From the NCBI RefSeq assembly GCF_006345805.1, contig NC_042997.1:188046001-188110000 (forward strand): a stretch of DNA of 64,000 nucleotides, written 5' to 3'. The notes under the pieces were generated by a model that searched no databases, was not told the DNA's origin, and worked only from the letters and a program-made list of their open reading frames with translations. Below are positions 23,126 through 36,679 of this stretch, in pieces (position 1 is the first letter of the stretch; every line of letters starts with the position of its first letter). The position numbers were made by a program, and so were the translations under genes. This stretch comes from Octopus sinensis (lineage: Eukaryota).

Positions 23126-23239
23126 GATACCTATATATATTTCCATCTATATATATATATGGGAATATAAATGTATTTGGATACATATATGGAAATGTGT
23201 GTGTGTATGTATATGTGTATATATATACATTCACGGAGA

Positions 23240-23660
23240 ATTCACAAAAAAAATAAAAAGACGAAGATAGGCTGTAAAGACAACACACAGATGTATTAGT
23301 ATAATGCTCAGGAAGTGAAAAAATCTTTAATGTTTTGAGCCTTCGCTCTTCCACAGAAAGGAACACAGAAAGAAACAAGGAGAGAAAATATAGAATGTAT
23401 AGTGGCTAGCAATCTATCATGGTATCTGTAAATATAATGTGACAAATATTCGGTCACATATTATATTTACAAATAAATACAGATAGACCGTTAGCTCCTA
23501 CACGCATTTTTTTCTTTCCTTGTTTCTTTTCTGTGTATCTTTGTGTTGAAGAGCGTAGGCTCGAAACGTAAAAGACTTGTTCTATTTCTATTCCTAAGAG
23601 CCATACTAATACATTTGTTTGTTTGTACTCCACCTGCCTTCGTCTGTTTATTTTCGTAAA
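23240..23660. mobile_element. Penelope-derived palindromic element with two degenerate minimal hammerheads
   Basis: Inverted arms around a central hairpin at about 23425-23475; motifs at 23325-23360 (-) and 23539-23574 (+). Confidence 0.6.
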
Positions 23661-24342
23661 CCTTCCCGTTAACCTGTGGCCCCTACCTGGGACGTAGTCA
23701 GTCCACCTGTGCATACCTTCCTTCTTGTGACACTTGTGAAGACCGTTTGAGGCAAGTGAAAATCAAAAAAAAATCAAAAAATCAAACAAAATCAAAATAG
23801 ATGAACATCAATGGAATTTGTATCTTTGTGGTACCAGTGCCGGTGGCACACAAGAAAACCATCCGAACGTGGCCGTAGCCAGTACCGCACCGACTGGCCT
23901 CCATGCTGTGGGCACGTAACAATCACCATCCGATCGTGGCCGATCGCCAGCCTCATCTGGCTCCTGTGTCGGTGGCACATAAAAAACACCATCTGAGCGT
24001 GGTCGTCTGCTAGCCTTGTCTGGCACCTGTGTCGGTGGCACATAAAAACACCATCCGAGCGTGGCTGTTCGCCAGCCTCGTCTGGCACCTGTGTGGGTGG
24101 TACATAAAAACACCATCCGAGCGTGGCCGTTCGCCAGCCTCGTCTGACACCTGTGTCGGTGGCACATAAAATCACCCACTACACTCTCGGAGTGGTTGGC
24201 ATTAGGAAGGGCATCCAGCTGTAGAAACACTGCCAGATCTGACTGGCCTGGTGCAGCCTTCGGGCTCCCCAACCCCAGTTGAACCGTCCAACCCATGCTA
24301 GCATGGAAAGCGGACGTTAAATGATGATGATGATGATGATGA
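23660..24342 (+). mobile_element. RTE 3'UTR copy with ~61-bp internal repeats and (gat)n tail
   Basis: Matches sequence downstream of the RTE stop at 60580. Confidence 0.9.
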
Positions 24343-24778
24343 TTTTCAGTGAAGTTTATTCACTGATTACCAAAATCAGATATATTAAACTTCTAAATAT
24401 CTCAGTTTAATATTTCTGATTTTGGTAATCAGTGAATAAACTTCACTGAAAATTAGATATATATATTTATGAAGTCGGGACAGATATCTGCGGCTGGCGG
24501 GCGTCTGCTACTCTAGACCGATGATGGAAAAAGATCCTGAAACATGCGTGTCTCTAGATGCAGGCCTGGCTGCTGTGGGTATTTGTCTCCCCTTCGTTAA
24601 TATATAAGGACACAGGAAAAAATGTGTCGAAGCCATCAGGAGGCGTCAATGCTTCCTAGGGCTAAACAGCGGTGGTGTAATCCCCTACTGTCACGTTAAA
24701 TTGACAGTATACAACCATTCTATCGCCCCACCACCATACATATCTCTATGAGATATTTAGAAATTTAATATTTCTGAT

Positions 24779-24780
<2 letters not shown>
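24343..24780 (+). mobile_element. hairpin-ended element carrying a type I hammerhead-like motif (24503-24565)
   Basis: About 49-bp-arm hairpin at 24343-24452, terminal segment repeated near 24750; core CCGATGA...GAAAC..GTC with tctaga/tctaga and gtctgc/gcaggc stem I. Confidence 0.65.
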
Positions 24781-24814
<34 letters not shown>

Positions 24815-24975
24815 TAGATATACAGACATATATTATGTTTGTGTTTATGTATATATACATATACAGATACACACACGCACATATATATGGATATAGATAT
24901 ACATACGTATAGATATATATATGTATGTATATATGAGTATATCTATAGATGGATATATATATATATATATATATA

Positions 24976-26020
24976 TTAGGTCATCCCAGAAGTTCTGCCC
25001 GATTTTACCTTTTTTAAAATTGAATGAAATTTAATAGTATTTTAGAATGTCTAATGGAATAAAAAATTTTTTATGCATTTGTGTACATTTAAACTAATTA
25101 AATATCACTTTACAGAATAATAGAATTAAAATTTCTTTGATTAAAACCCTTTCTAACATGGAAGTATCCAAAGAGCATTTGAGGCACATAATGCTTTATG
25201 AGTATGAAAAAAGAAACTCTGCGGCTGAAGCGACTCGAAACATACAGTTTATGGGAAAGAATGCTTGAATGAAAGAACTTGCAGAAGATGTTTTGCAAAA
25301 TTCAGAAGTGGAGATTTCAGCCTTGAAGATGAAGATCGAACAGGACGTCCAGTTGAGTTTGGCTCCTTGAGGCATTACTTGAAGAAAATTTTGCATTATT
25401 AATTGAAGAATTGGCAATAAAGCTTATTTCAAACCATACAACTGTTCATCGTCATCTCCAACAACTTGGAAAGGTTCCTAAACTTGGAGAATGGGTGCCT
25501 CATGAATTGTCCGAAAGCAACTGCAAATCCCAAGTTAATATCTGCTCTTCTCCCCATTCTCGTGAACTCATTTCACCCTTTTTTGACAGACTTGTGACTG
25601 GTGATGAAAAATGGATTTTCTATTGTAATGTGAAATGTCGTAAACAGTGGTTTGGTAAAAGGGAAGAAACTCGACCACAACCGAGAAGGGAACTTCATGA
25701 GAAAAAGGTTCTTCTCTTATCTGGTGGGACTGCAAGGGAGTAATTCACTATGAATTGTTACAACTAATGCAACAAATCAATGCTCAAGTCTACTGTCAGC
25801 AATTAAAGTGTTTGAATCAAACTTTGAAGAAAAAACCCCACTTTAGTGAATCGAAAAGGAGTGATGTTTTATCAGGACAATGTGCAACCCTACATTGCAA
25901 AGATCACATCACAGAAGATCAAAGAGCTTGGTTGGGAAAAAATTCCTCATCCACCTTATTCTCCTGACCTTGCTCCTTCAGACTAGCATTTGTTTCGTAG
26001 TTTACACATGTGTAGGTAGA
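24976..26020 (+). pseudogene. decayed mariner (Mos1-like) transposon
   Basis: TA+ttaggtcatccc TIR-like start; MEVSKEHLRHIMLYE, VTGDEKWIFY, HPPYSPDLAPSD motifs with stops and frameshifts. Confidence 0.9.
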
Positions 26021-26254
26021 CACACAACAGGCAGGCACTCCTATCAAAATTCTTATTATAACTACTTCCTGTAACCTTAAACAGTACTAAGCCCAACCAC
26101 ACACATAGATAAACAGCCACAACCGCATGCACACACACACACACACACACGTGCTATCATTACACACACACACACAGACCTGCATGCATGCACATACACA
26201 TACTTCCTTCTCTTGCACCCTCCTGTCTTTGAAAGAACTTTTTCTTCACCCATT

Positions 26255-26475
26255 CCCTTCCGGTCATTTCAATATGTGACTGCGTGTGTATGGTTGGCGA
26301 TTTTCTTTTTCCGTCTTCCCTTCCTAGGACTTTTCCTTTTTTCCATATTTCTGATGAAGAGCTCCGTTTGAAACATTAAATCCTCCTTCTGTCTTTCCTT
26401 TCCTGAGCATCCAATAACACTATACTTGTTCCACCTCCTCGCATTATTGTGTTTTCTCTTTTTTCATGTTTGTAT

Positions 26476-26480
<5 letters not shown>
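26255..26480 (+). mobile_element. short Penelope-type element with minimal hammerhead motif (26348-26380)
   Basis: ttt-CTGATGA-a-gagc-tcc-gttt-GAAAC-att-aaa; inverse copy at 31065-31275. Confidence 0.6.
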
Positions 26481-26545
<65 letters not shown>

Positions 26546-26574
26546 CAGAGAGATAGAGAGGGAGAGAGAGAAAT

Positions 26575-26800
26575 GGTAAGACAACAAAAGAATGAAAGAG
26601 ACCTCGATATTACGTAAATAGAGGAGTTTATCTGTAAATGTAATATGTGACAATTATTCGGTAGCCATAGGATTTCAATAGCATTTTGCCGAAGGCCGGT
26701 TAACTGAAGACATGGCAGCGTGGATTTCCATCCCAACATCCGAAACTCTGAGTTTTATCATGACTACTGAATAATTGTCACATATTACATTTACAGATAT
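26575..26800. mobile_element. inverted-repeat element with decayed hammerhead in the spacer (26700-26760)
   Basis: Arms tgtaaatgtaatatgtgacaattattc / gaataattgtcacatattacatttaca; CTGAAGA...GAAACTCTGAGTT inside. Confidence 0.55.
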
Positions 26801-26871
26801 ATATATATATATATATAAATATACATACATATATGCTTACATATATGTATATTTATGCATATGCATATTTA

Positions 26872-26932
<61 letters not shown>

Positions 26933-27127
26933 ATATATATATGTATGTATATACACATATATGCTTATATATATATATGTATATATATGAATATTTTTAT
27001 ATATATACTTGCATATATATATATATATATATGTATGTATATACACATATATGCTTATATATATATATGTATGTATATACACATATATGCTTATATATAT
27101 ATATGTGTGTGTGTGTATACACATACA

Positions 27128-27160
<33 letters not shown>

Positions 27161-27304
27161 GTATATGCATATATATACACATACACACATATATATATGC
27201 ACATATATATACATATGAATACATCTATACATATGTGTATATGCATTTATATACGTATACATCTATCTATCCATATATATAGATTTAGATAAATAGATAG
27301 ATAT

Positions 27305-27339
<35 letters not shown>

Positions 27340-27360
27340 GAGAGAGAGAGAGAGAGAGTG
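26797..27360. repeat. compound (TA)n/(TG)n/(TACA)n/(GA)n microsatellite block (similar blocks at 2930-3170, 36197-36530, 38910-39260, 49150-49250)
   Basis: Direct inspection. Confidence 0.95.
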
Positions 27361-28368
27361 ATGTCTGTATGTGAGCATTAGTTGTAGTTCTCTGACTTTG
27401 TTATTTGTGTTTACAGCTTATGGAATTTGTAGAATATTTTCTCATGATAAAAGCAAAAGTATTTTCTCCCTACCCCAGTTACTCTCCCTCTCTTTCTCCT
27501 ACTTTCGTTTTCTTTCTCTTTCTCCCTCCTCTCTCTGTATATAATACGTCTATATACACATACACACAAAACACAGACTTTCTAGCACACACACGGAGAC
27601 ACATGCACAGACACATACACACACACACACACACACACTCACATGCATAAATGCATACACATACGCACACATATATCCATGTATACAGACACACACACAC
27701 ACTCATATATATATTACCTTTTATGTTCATAAATACATTGCCTTCTATCCAATGAGTATATACGAATCATTCCACAATAGCTACAGTGCTAGAAATTTCT
27801 AGACTTCTGCCTATATTGGAATGATTTTTATATGTTTATATGATAGTTGGTATGTTTTTGTAAACAAAAGTGATAATATACAAGAATTAACAATGTCCCC
27901 CCACTACCACCCAAGAGAACTGGGCTGCATGGTGACTCCTTGAGCAAGGCATCTTCTTTGACGGCGCTCCAGTTATCTCGGCTGAAAATAAATACCATCC
28001 CAGTGCTGGTGCACTCCTCTCTTCTTTCACCTATCACATCCTGGTTGTTCTGCTGGCTCATGGGTGGGAAAGCCAAGGGGTGTCTGTGTCTACACATGAC
28101 TACATATGCACCTAAAATGATTTAGCAAAAGTTTGGTACATGCTACTCGGTAATACTTCTGACTGGCAGCTATGCACATCATAATACACTCACACATGTA
28201 CACACACACACACACACTCATTGTTATACTTGAGGACAGTTGGCTTTTTTTCCAGTTAACAAAAAATTGGCAAAATATGACCATCCCGAAGTATAACAAT
28301 ATCTGTTTCAACATGTTTTTATATCAAGGATCTTTCAAAACTAATACATAAACACGTGTGTATATATA

Positions 28369-28430
<62 letters not shown>

Positions 28431-29447
28431 TGCTTAGTCCTGACTGTTGCAAAAAAGAGTACTCAGTACCTTTGTAGAGATTAATCTATTTTATTTTGAT
28501 CAAGTCAGGACTAATCTGACTTGTGAGTGTCTGTATGTGTGTGTATATGTGTGTGTATGCACGAATATATATATATATATACATATTTGCATACATACAT
28601 TCATACAGATGTATATATATATATATATATATATAGATATATATATATTAGTCCTGTTACTTTGAGTTTTCATCATCATCATTGTTCGACCGTGGTCGAG
28701 ACAATGGAATTTACCATGAGTTTTACTTGTGGGTGATCAAGGTCTAGAGGCAAGTTATTTATAATACATTAAAAATGAAGTTCAATCTTGCTTGCTTACT
28801 TGCAATGTTACACAGCTAATCTGGCACATAATGGGAAAATACTTCCAAAGTATTTTCCTGAAATGTGAATATAAACAGAATAAAACAAGTTTCACATAAA
28901 TCGGACCAGTGGTTATCAAGATATTCGGGGTTTAGGGTATAAATACCCAAAACGGTGCATGATGGGAAAATGTTTCAAAAATAACTTAACTCTGAAAGGG
29001 AAGAAACTCTCAGCTTTCCATTAGACACATTATGATGGACTAAATATTTCAAAGTGAAAATGACTTTAAAAATACAGTAAATATTTTGTAAAAGTCTCAT
29101 TTGTAACCTTGGTATGAAATAGTTTTTTCCATAGGTTCTTTTGAGTGCATCCAACATATCTCACCTCCAAAGATTTGGCTGCTGTTTCTTGCACATAACA
29201 GCTATTTACGATAAAGGACCCAAAATATATGTTATGTGGTAGCAGAGCATGCAAAAAATTGCAGCCAAATCTTTCCTTTTCTGGAGAAAGGAGCTAGTTA
29301 TGTGTGATTTTGATGTCACATTTGTTGAAAGCATGTGAAATAACATGGAAAAGAAAAAAAACCCATGAAACAAAACTCTGTTGCTGGGAAACTCAGACTT
29401 CCCCGAGGACTCAACAGGTCACAGGTAGTCTAGTAATTATATATATG

Positions 29448-29489
<42 letters not shown>

Positions 29490-29490
<1 letters not shown>

Positions 29491-30992
29491 TGATCTACAA
29501 AAGAAACATTGCAGTATAAAAGATTATTTGTTTCACACACAGTATTGAGATTATATGGATTTCATCACATTTCTAGGTAACTGACATCAGGAAGCTGTCA
29601 GTAACCCACAACACCACTCTCTTTTGAAAACACAAGGATTGCATATAGGATTTGAACTTGCTTGCTTTTAGTGAACATGGTAATGCTCACGAACACATCT
29701 TTATAAAAAGCATGGTGCATGTGCAAAATGTTGACTCATTGGGTATAAAAAGCACTCATATTTACCAGTCTGTCATTCGTTTCCCGGGTGCAGCAAGTAT
29801 GCCAAGACTGAAACAGAATCAGAGGGCGCAAGCCATCACACATTTCCATGCTGGTCAACATCCATGGGTCATTGCTAATAACTTAAACTGTAGTATTTGG
29901 ACAATTGAACAGCAGCAGGAATGATACAATGCCACAAACAGCACATATGATTGTCCATGCAGTGGTTGACCGAGGGTTAAAACGGCACATCAAGATCACC
30001 AACAGCACTTGCAGGAGCGATTCCAAAGGGCAAAAGAATCAGCCAGGCGGATCATAGGGACTCACCACAGACCCATTTGTGCAGAGAAAGTTTGCTGCTG
30101 GCTGAGATCTTTCAATCTGTCTTATTGACATCCAGCTAGGGGCCCCATCCTCACAAATTGTCATCAACAGGCACATCTACAGTGGGCTCAAAAATGTCAG
30201 AACTAGAAATATCAGTAGAGGAGGACTGCAGTCTTCTCTGATGAAAGTTGGTATTGCATTTCTGTGGTAGATGGCCGTGCTAGGGTTTTGAAAAGAAGAG
30301 GTGAATATAATGCTGATGGCTGTGGAGTGGAGGGAGACTCATGGGGAGGACAGAGCATTTTGGTACGGAGTAGGATTGCACTCAATCAGAAACTTGGACT
30401 GGTGGTCTTCCAAGACATCGGCCAAACCTGGGGCAATGGAATAACCGCTAATTGCTATATTGACCAAGTACCTCACATTGTGTCATACTTTATGTTCCAA
30501 CACGACAATTCTCATGCCCATACTGCCAGGTTAACAACAGACTTCCTCCAATAGCACAATATCCAGACACTGCCATGGCCTGCCCTAAGTCTAGACTTGA
30601 ACCCCATAGAGCACCTGTGGGATGAAATCCAAAGAAGGCAAAATAACATCTATCCAAGGCTGACAACTGTAGCACAACTCACTGCAAGTTTTAACCGATG
30701 TGGGCTGCTATCCCCATGACCTTCATCAATCGTTTGGTGTATCCAATGTACAGAAGATGCTTAGTGGTAATCAACATTGACGATGATCACGCGAGATATT
30801 GAGTTCATCTCTCAAGATCCAGGACACTCCATCATCATGTGGCACCATGTGATGTCAAACGTTCCAAGAAATGATGTTTTATCATTAGGAAAGAAAGGTT
30901 TCTTAATTAACATTCTTCAATCAATGCTATGGCAGTCTGTTAATAAATTGGTTTCTATTTAGTACGTGTGCAACGTTTCTTTTGTGGTTCAG
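29490..30992 (+). pseudogene. decayed Tc1-like transposon, about 1.5 kb
   Basis: Imperfect TIRs ctgatctacaaaagaaacattgca / tgcaacgtttcttttgtggttcag; FSDES, QHDNSHAHTAR and WPALSLDLNPIEHLWD motifs. Confidence 0.85.
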
Positions 30993-31064
30993 TCAATATA
31001 TATGTGTGTGTATTTATGTATATATATGTATTTATTTGTATGTATATATATATATATATGTATA

Positions 31065-31275
31065 TAAAGTTAATCCAAACAAGAAAGCACAAAAAAACAC
31101 AACAATGCGAGGACATGGAACAAATATAGTATTATTGGACGCTCAAGAAAGAAGGAGGGTTTAACGTTTCGAGCGGAGCTCTTCGTCGGAAACATAGGAG
31201 AAGGAAAGATCTAGAGAAGGGAAGACAGAGGAAAAAAAATCGCCAACGGTACACACACGGTCACATTTTGAATGC
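31065..31275 (-). mobile_element. short Penelope-type element with minimal hammerhead (31160-31192)
   Basis: Minus: TTT-CCGACGA-A-GAGC-TCC-GCTC-GAAACGTT-AAA. Confidence 0.6.
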
Positions 31276-31301
31276 ATATTTTGAATATATATATGTATAT
31301 A

Positions 31302-31832
31302 TTAGGTTGCCTGGAAAGTTCTGGGCATTTTGAGCTAAATCTTTTAACACTTCATTGAACATACCTGAAACATAACATAGTTAAAACTTTGGCTTTGCTT
31401 GAAGTGGTAGTGCATTTCTTCTTTGTTCCTGACTCAAAATAGATTCATCTTTCATTCCAGCTACCCCTTATTGACATTTGAAATGGATAACCGAAAATGT
31501 CATATTTGTGTTGTAATGCTTTTCTTTCTTGAAAAAAGGAGAAAATGCTGTAAAGACTTGCAAAAGCATTTGAGAAGTTCATGGTGATGAATCTTTATGT
31601 GAATCAACTGTTCAAAGGTGGTTTGCAAAATTTACAAATTGAGAGTTTAGCTTGGAAGAGGACAGTTTCAGTGGAAAAACTTCAAAATTAGATGATGTTT
31701 AGAGGGCAAAAATCAAAGGAAACTCAAATATCATGAACTTGCAGAGGAGTTGGAAGTTTCTAAAAGTAGATTTCATGAAGTATATCCCTTTTTGCATACT
31801 AAAAATCACTCAGAACTTTCCAGGCAACCTAA
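31302..31832 (+). mobile_element. internally deleted mariner (MITE-like)
   Basis: Perfect 22-bp TIRs ttaggttgcctggaaagttctg, TA TSD on both sides, degraded N-terminal HTH coding sequence. Confidence 0.9.
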
Positions 31833-32126
31833 TACATCATCATCATCATCATCGTTTAACGTCTGTTTTCCAAGCTAGCATGGGTTATGTGCAGGTAGCA
31901 TGTAAAAAACACCTTTTGAATGTGGTCGTTGTCAGAACCTCCTGACGGTGGTATGTAAAAGCACCTACTACACTCTTGGAGTGGTTGGCATTAGGAAGGG
32001 CATCCAGCTGTAGAAACTGTGCCAGATAAGGTTGAGCCTGGTGCAGCCTTCTGACTCACCAGTCCTCAGTCAAACCGTCCAACCGATGCCCAGCATGGAA
32101 AGCAGACGTTAAATGATGATGATGAT

Positions 32127-32155
<29 letters not shown>

Positions 32156-32157
<2 letters not shown>

Positions 32158-32316
32158 CTCTTTTACTGCTGGAGCACTGCCTTTAGTCGAGCAAATAGAC
32201 ACCTGGACTTATTCTTCGTAAGCCTAGTACTTATTCTATTGGCCCCTTTTGCCGAACTGCTAAGTTACAGGGACGTAAACACACCAGCTTCGGTTCTCAA
32301 GTGATGTTGGGGGGAT

Positions 32317-32395
<79 letters not shown>

Positions 32396-32555
32396 TATGA
32401 TGGGCTTCTTTCAGTTTCCGTCTATCAAATCCATTCATAAGGCTTTGGGCGGCCCGAGGCTATAGAAGAAGATACTTGCCCAAGGTGCCACACAGTGGAA
32501 CTGAACCCAAAGCCATGTGGTTGGTAAGCAAGCTACTTACCACACAGCCACTCCT
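32156..32555 (-). mobile_element. SINE family A
   Basis: Similarity to 616-1018. Confidence 0.85.
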
Positions 32556-32560
32556 AAACT

Positions 32561-32597
<37 letters not shown>

Positions 32598-33580
32598 TTA
32601 AAAAAGGAGATGTGGAACACGAGTTGTGATATATAAAAAAAGGAAATGAAGAAAATGCTGACAAAATAATTTAAGTAAGGGAGAGTGTATTTAATTAGGT
32701 GAAAGTTCCCTTTACCGGTTGCACATTTGTTATGCTTATCAAAAGATATTTTTTTAAGAGAGATAGAGTTCCTTTTTGATAGATTTTTTTCTCTTATCTG
32801 ACTTTATGTTGGGTTTGCTGTCTCTTATATGTGAAAAAAGAGGCTCCAGAGTTGTTTAAGATTTGCTTGGTTTCGCGCCTAAAATTTCTTGTGGACAATG
32901 GTTAATACAATTTTGATTGGTCATTATAAAGGGGTCACGTGAATGTTTGAATGGAAGTTGGTGTTGGGGTAAGAAAATAGGCTCCAGAGATGTAAAAATT
33001 TGGCTAGTGTCAAGCCTAAAATTTCTTATTGGTCATAATAAAGAGGTCACATGGATGTGGTCATAATAGAGAGGTGTGGGTGGTGTATGGAGTTTTCGAA
33101 AATAGCGTTGTTGAAAATTCTTATTGTTCAGGCTGGTCAGTAGACGTCATGTGGATATTTTAAATAGCTTTTTAGAGCATAGTTAAGGAGTGTATTTTCC
33201 GCTTGACTGAATTTGAGCTGGATAAGTAAGTTCGTTTAGGACAGGATGAGCTATATGTATGTATGTATGTGTGCACGCGCGTGTGTGTGTGTGTTTATAT
33301 GTATGTTGGGGCATGCGCGCGTGTATATATTTGTGCGTGTGTGGGTACAATTTTCAATATTTATAGTTCTGCTGGCCTTGTGCCTGTATCGGGTAGCAAA
33401 GTGTTTGTGTGAAGTCAATATTTACAGTCATTTCCAAAAAATAGTGTTGGATGTTTTGCACCCGTATCAAATTATGTGTATGTGTGGAACCATATATTTG
33501 CGTGTGTCATAGTGTTAATATCTGGGTAAAAGTGTGTGTAGGGTGTGTGCAGGTGTAAGTGTGTTTGTTGTGGGTTCGTG

Positions 33581-34270
33581 TTAGGAGGATGTGTTTAGAA
33601 GTGGTCTGTATTTATTAATAAGGTGGGATTCCATGGTTATTTGCTGGGTATGAGTGGCATTGTCTTTAAATTTGTCGAGGGGAAAGATTCTAAAATTGGG
33701 ATGAAGTTGTGCGGCACAGGTATCAATATGTGCACTAAGTGCTATTTTTCTGTATTCCTGTATTTTTATTTGGGATCTGTGGACAGTCATGCATTGGCGG
33801 AGGCTATTTTTAGTTTGGCCTATGTAGTGTTCATTACAGCCCGAGCAAGTTAAGGCATATACTAGGTTCTCTGATGCGCATGTGAAGTTGTGTTTTACTG
33901 TGAAACGTTGTCCTTGTTTAAAAAGGAATTCCGGACCTTCTATTAGGTTGATGCATATACCACAGTTGGGTCTATTGCATTTGTTTACTGTGGGTTTAGT
34001 TGTGGTTGGCAGTACTTTGGCATTTGTTAGGATGGTTTTCAATGATTTGGGTTGCTTTTGCTCTTTATGATTTCGTGTGTTAGGAGGATTTGGTTCATTC
34101 TATGGTCCTTTTTTAATACAGGAATGTTCTGGAGGATGGTGTCAAAAGCTTCATTGTTGAGGGGGTTGTGTGTAGAGATGTATAGTAGAGTATGGGGTTT
34201 CGATGTAACAAGTTTAGGGCGTCTAAGTTCCTGTGTGCTGAGTTTTAAAAAGGATATATATCCTTTCTGA
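33581..34270 (-). pseudogene. Penelope-like element: linker + GIY-YIG endonuclease remnant
   Basis: KCNRPNCGIC...FTCASENLVYALTCSGCNEHYIGQT...SAHI...MESHLINKYRPLLN; upstream frame LYISTHNP, one frameshift. Confidence 0.88.
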
Positions 34271-34425
34271 TATATATATATATATATATATATGCATATA
34301 TATGTGTATATATATATATATATATGCATATATATGTATATATATATGTGTGTGTGTATATATATCTATATATGTGTGTGTGTATGTGTGTATATATATG
34401 TATATATCTGTGTGTATATACATAT

Positions 34426-34934
34426 AAATTCTATAATTATGGGTATAATTATAATTAGGGTTCAGTAAAATTTGCTTCACCACATACCGAAATTTAGAAA
34501 TAGCAGTTAAACTACTATTTTACAAACATAAGAGTGAGGAGGAATACGAGATCTCATTCGTCTGTTTGAATTCGGAAGTACTGGTCGTTGGATATACATT
34601 GTCTGATGTCGCTTGATCAGATAAATATGTTAATTTTCAGTGCTCTCAAATTTAAAATCTTGAATTACTTTACTGAGGAGGAGAATGAGTGAGTAGAAAT
34701 ATGATTTTACATTTTTCACATCTCTTTAACTCTGAAACACGTATACAATTAATCAGAGCCGGGTGGATTCGTTATTTTTTTCTCTTTACCTGTGTGAGTT
34801 GTTGAGTATTGCTGTCTGGGAGATTTACTTATGATAGTAGAATAGTATTTTAACTGCTATTTCTAAATTTCGGTATGTGGTGAAGCAAATTTTACTGAAC
34901 CCTAATTATAATTATACTCATAATTATAGAATTT
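34426..34934. mobile_element. element with about 100-bp terminal inverted repeats and a decayed hammerhead-like core
   Basis: Arms 34426-34522 and 34836-34934; CTGAGGA (34673) ... GAAACACGTA (34734). Confidence 0.6.
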
Positions 34935-35023
34935 TTGTATAAGTTTACCGAAAATGGTTCTTTTAACATACCAAACTACTTGGTAAAATTATCAATTATT
35001 AATTAATTAATTAATTTTACCCT

Positions 35024-35057
<34 letters not shown>

Positions 35058-35072
35058 GTATATACACATATA

Positions 35073-36193
35073 CAGGGATTGGACAAAATAATGGAAATAC
35101 CTTTAAAATTTCAAACAAATTATTTTAACATTGGCTAGGACCACCTTTGGCAGTAATTACAGCTTAAATTCTATGAGGTATGGATTCGTACAAAGTTTGA
35201 ATTGTTTCCAAGGATATTCAACTTCACTAGAATGTTCCTCGTGCCATTCAGTAACAACTTTAGCTGTGTGAATTGATGTATTATCATCCTGACAAATTGT
35301 GTTTCCCCCCAGAAGCAGTTCCACACACATAGGATGAATTTGATCAGATAAAATGCTTAGTCTTGACTATTAATTCTGCCATGAAGGGAAACCATTGGAC
35401 CGGCAGATTTCCAAGATGTAGACCCCCAGAACATCACAGATCCTCCTCTATGTTTGACAGTTGGAACAAGGCAGTCTGGGTCAAATGCTTCTTTTGGCTG
35501 TCTCCACACATATACTTGGCCAGTGGTTGGAAATAGGGTAAAGGATGACTCGTCCAAGAAAATAATATTCTTCCACTGCTCTAGGGACCAATTCTACAGG
35601 TTTTTACTCCACTCTAAATGCTTTGCAATGTTTATTTTTTTAAGTAGTCAGTTTTCTGATTGCAGCCCTCCCTTGAAATCCAGCTTTGTGCAGCTCCCAG
35701 TGAACATTTTTTGTGGAAACTGGGTTCTTGAGGTCGTCATTAAGCTCTGCAGTAATTTTGGGAGCTGTACTTTTGTGATCCTTTTGAACAATTCGTGTAA
35801 GAGACCAACGGTCCTTATCTGAATGTTTTGGTTTTCTTCCAGAGTTTTGTTTTGACAAGGAGGTTTTTCCCTCTTTCTCAAAGGCTGTCATTACTTTCGA
35901 GACAGTACTTCTTGATACACCAAGCCTTCAGTTGTTTTCATTATGCTAGTTCTTGCCATATGAGCACAAACAATTTGATCTCTTTGAAAGTCCGATAGAT
36001 CTGTCATTTTAATGAATTTTAATTACCTTTTTCTGATGATATCTGAAAAGAAAAAGCAATTTTAGCAAAACATATTAAGCAACACTAATAATAAATAAAA
36101 AAACATAAAAATGAACAAGCTTTTGACAGTTTTATAGATATTTTAAAATTATGATGCTATGATGCTAGGTGTTTCTATTATTTTGTCCAACCC

Positions 36194-36196
<3 letters not shown>
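35073..36196 (-). pseudogene. decayed Tc1-like transposon
   Basis: 30-bp TIRs (27/30 match); DESSFTLF..VWRQPKE..PTVKHRGGSVMFWG and SGRKPK motifs. Confidence 0.9.
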
Positions 36197-36225
<29 letters not shown>

Positions 36226-36390
36226 CTGTGTGTATATATATGTGTGTATATATATGTATATGTGTATGTATATATATATGTATATATATGTGTATGTGTA
36301 TATATATATGTATATATATGTGTATGTGTATATATATGTATATATATATATGTGTGTGTATGTATATATATGTATATATATATGTGTGTG

Positions 36391-36451
<61 letters not shown>

Positions 36452-36679
36452 GTAGATATGTACATATGTGTATATATATATATGTGTGTATGTATATTTG
36501 TTTATATATGTGTGTGTGTGTGTATGTCTGTTTCAATGTATGAGGCTCCAACAACGTACTCTTTCTTTGTCAGTCATAATGCTCATGTTGAATGTGACAT
36601 TTAAGTCCTGCCAACAATTTACAAAGAAGGCCACAGATGTTCCAGGTATGTGAATTACAGGTCAGTGCAGGTAGTATAT

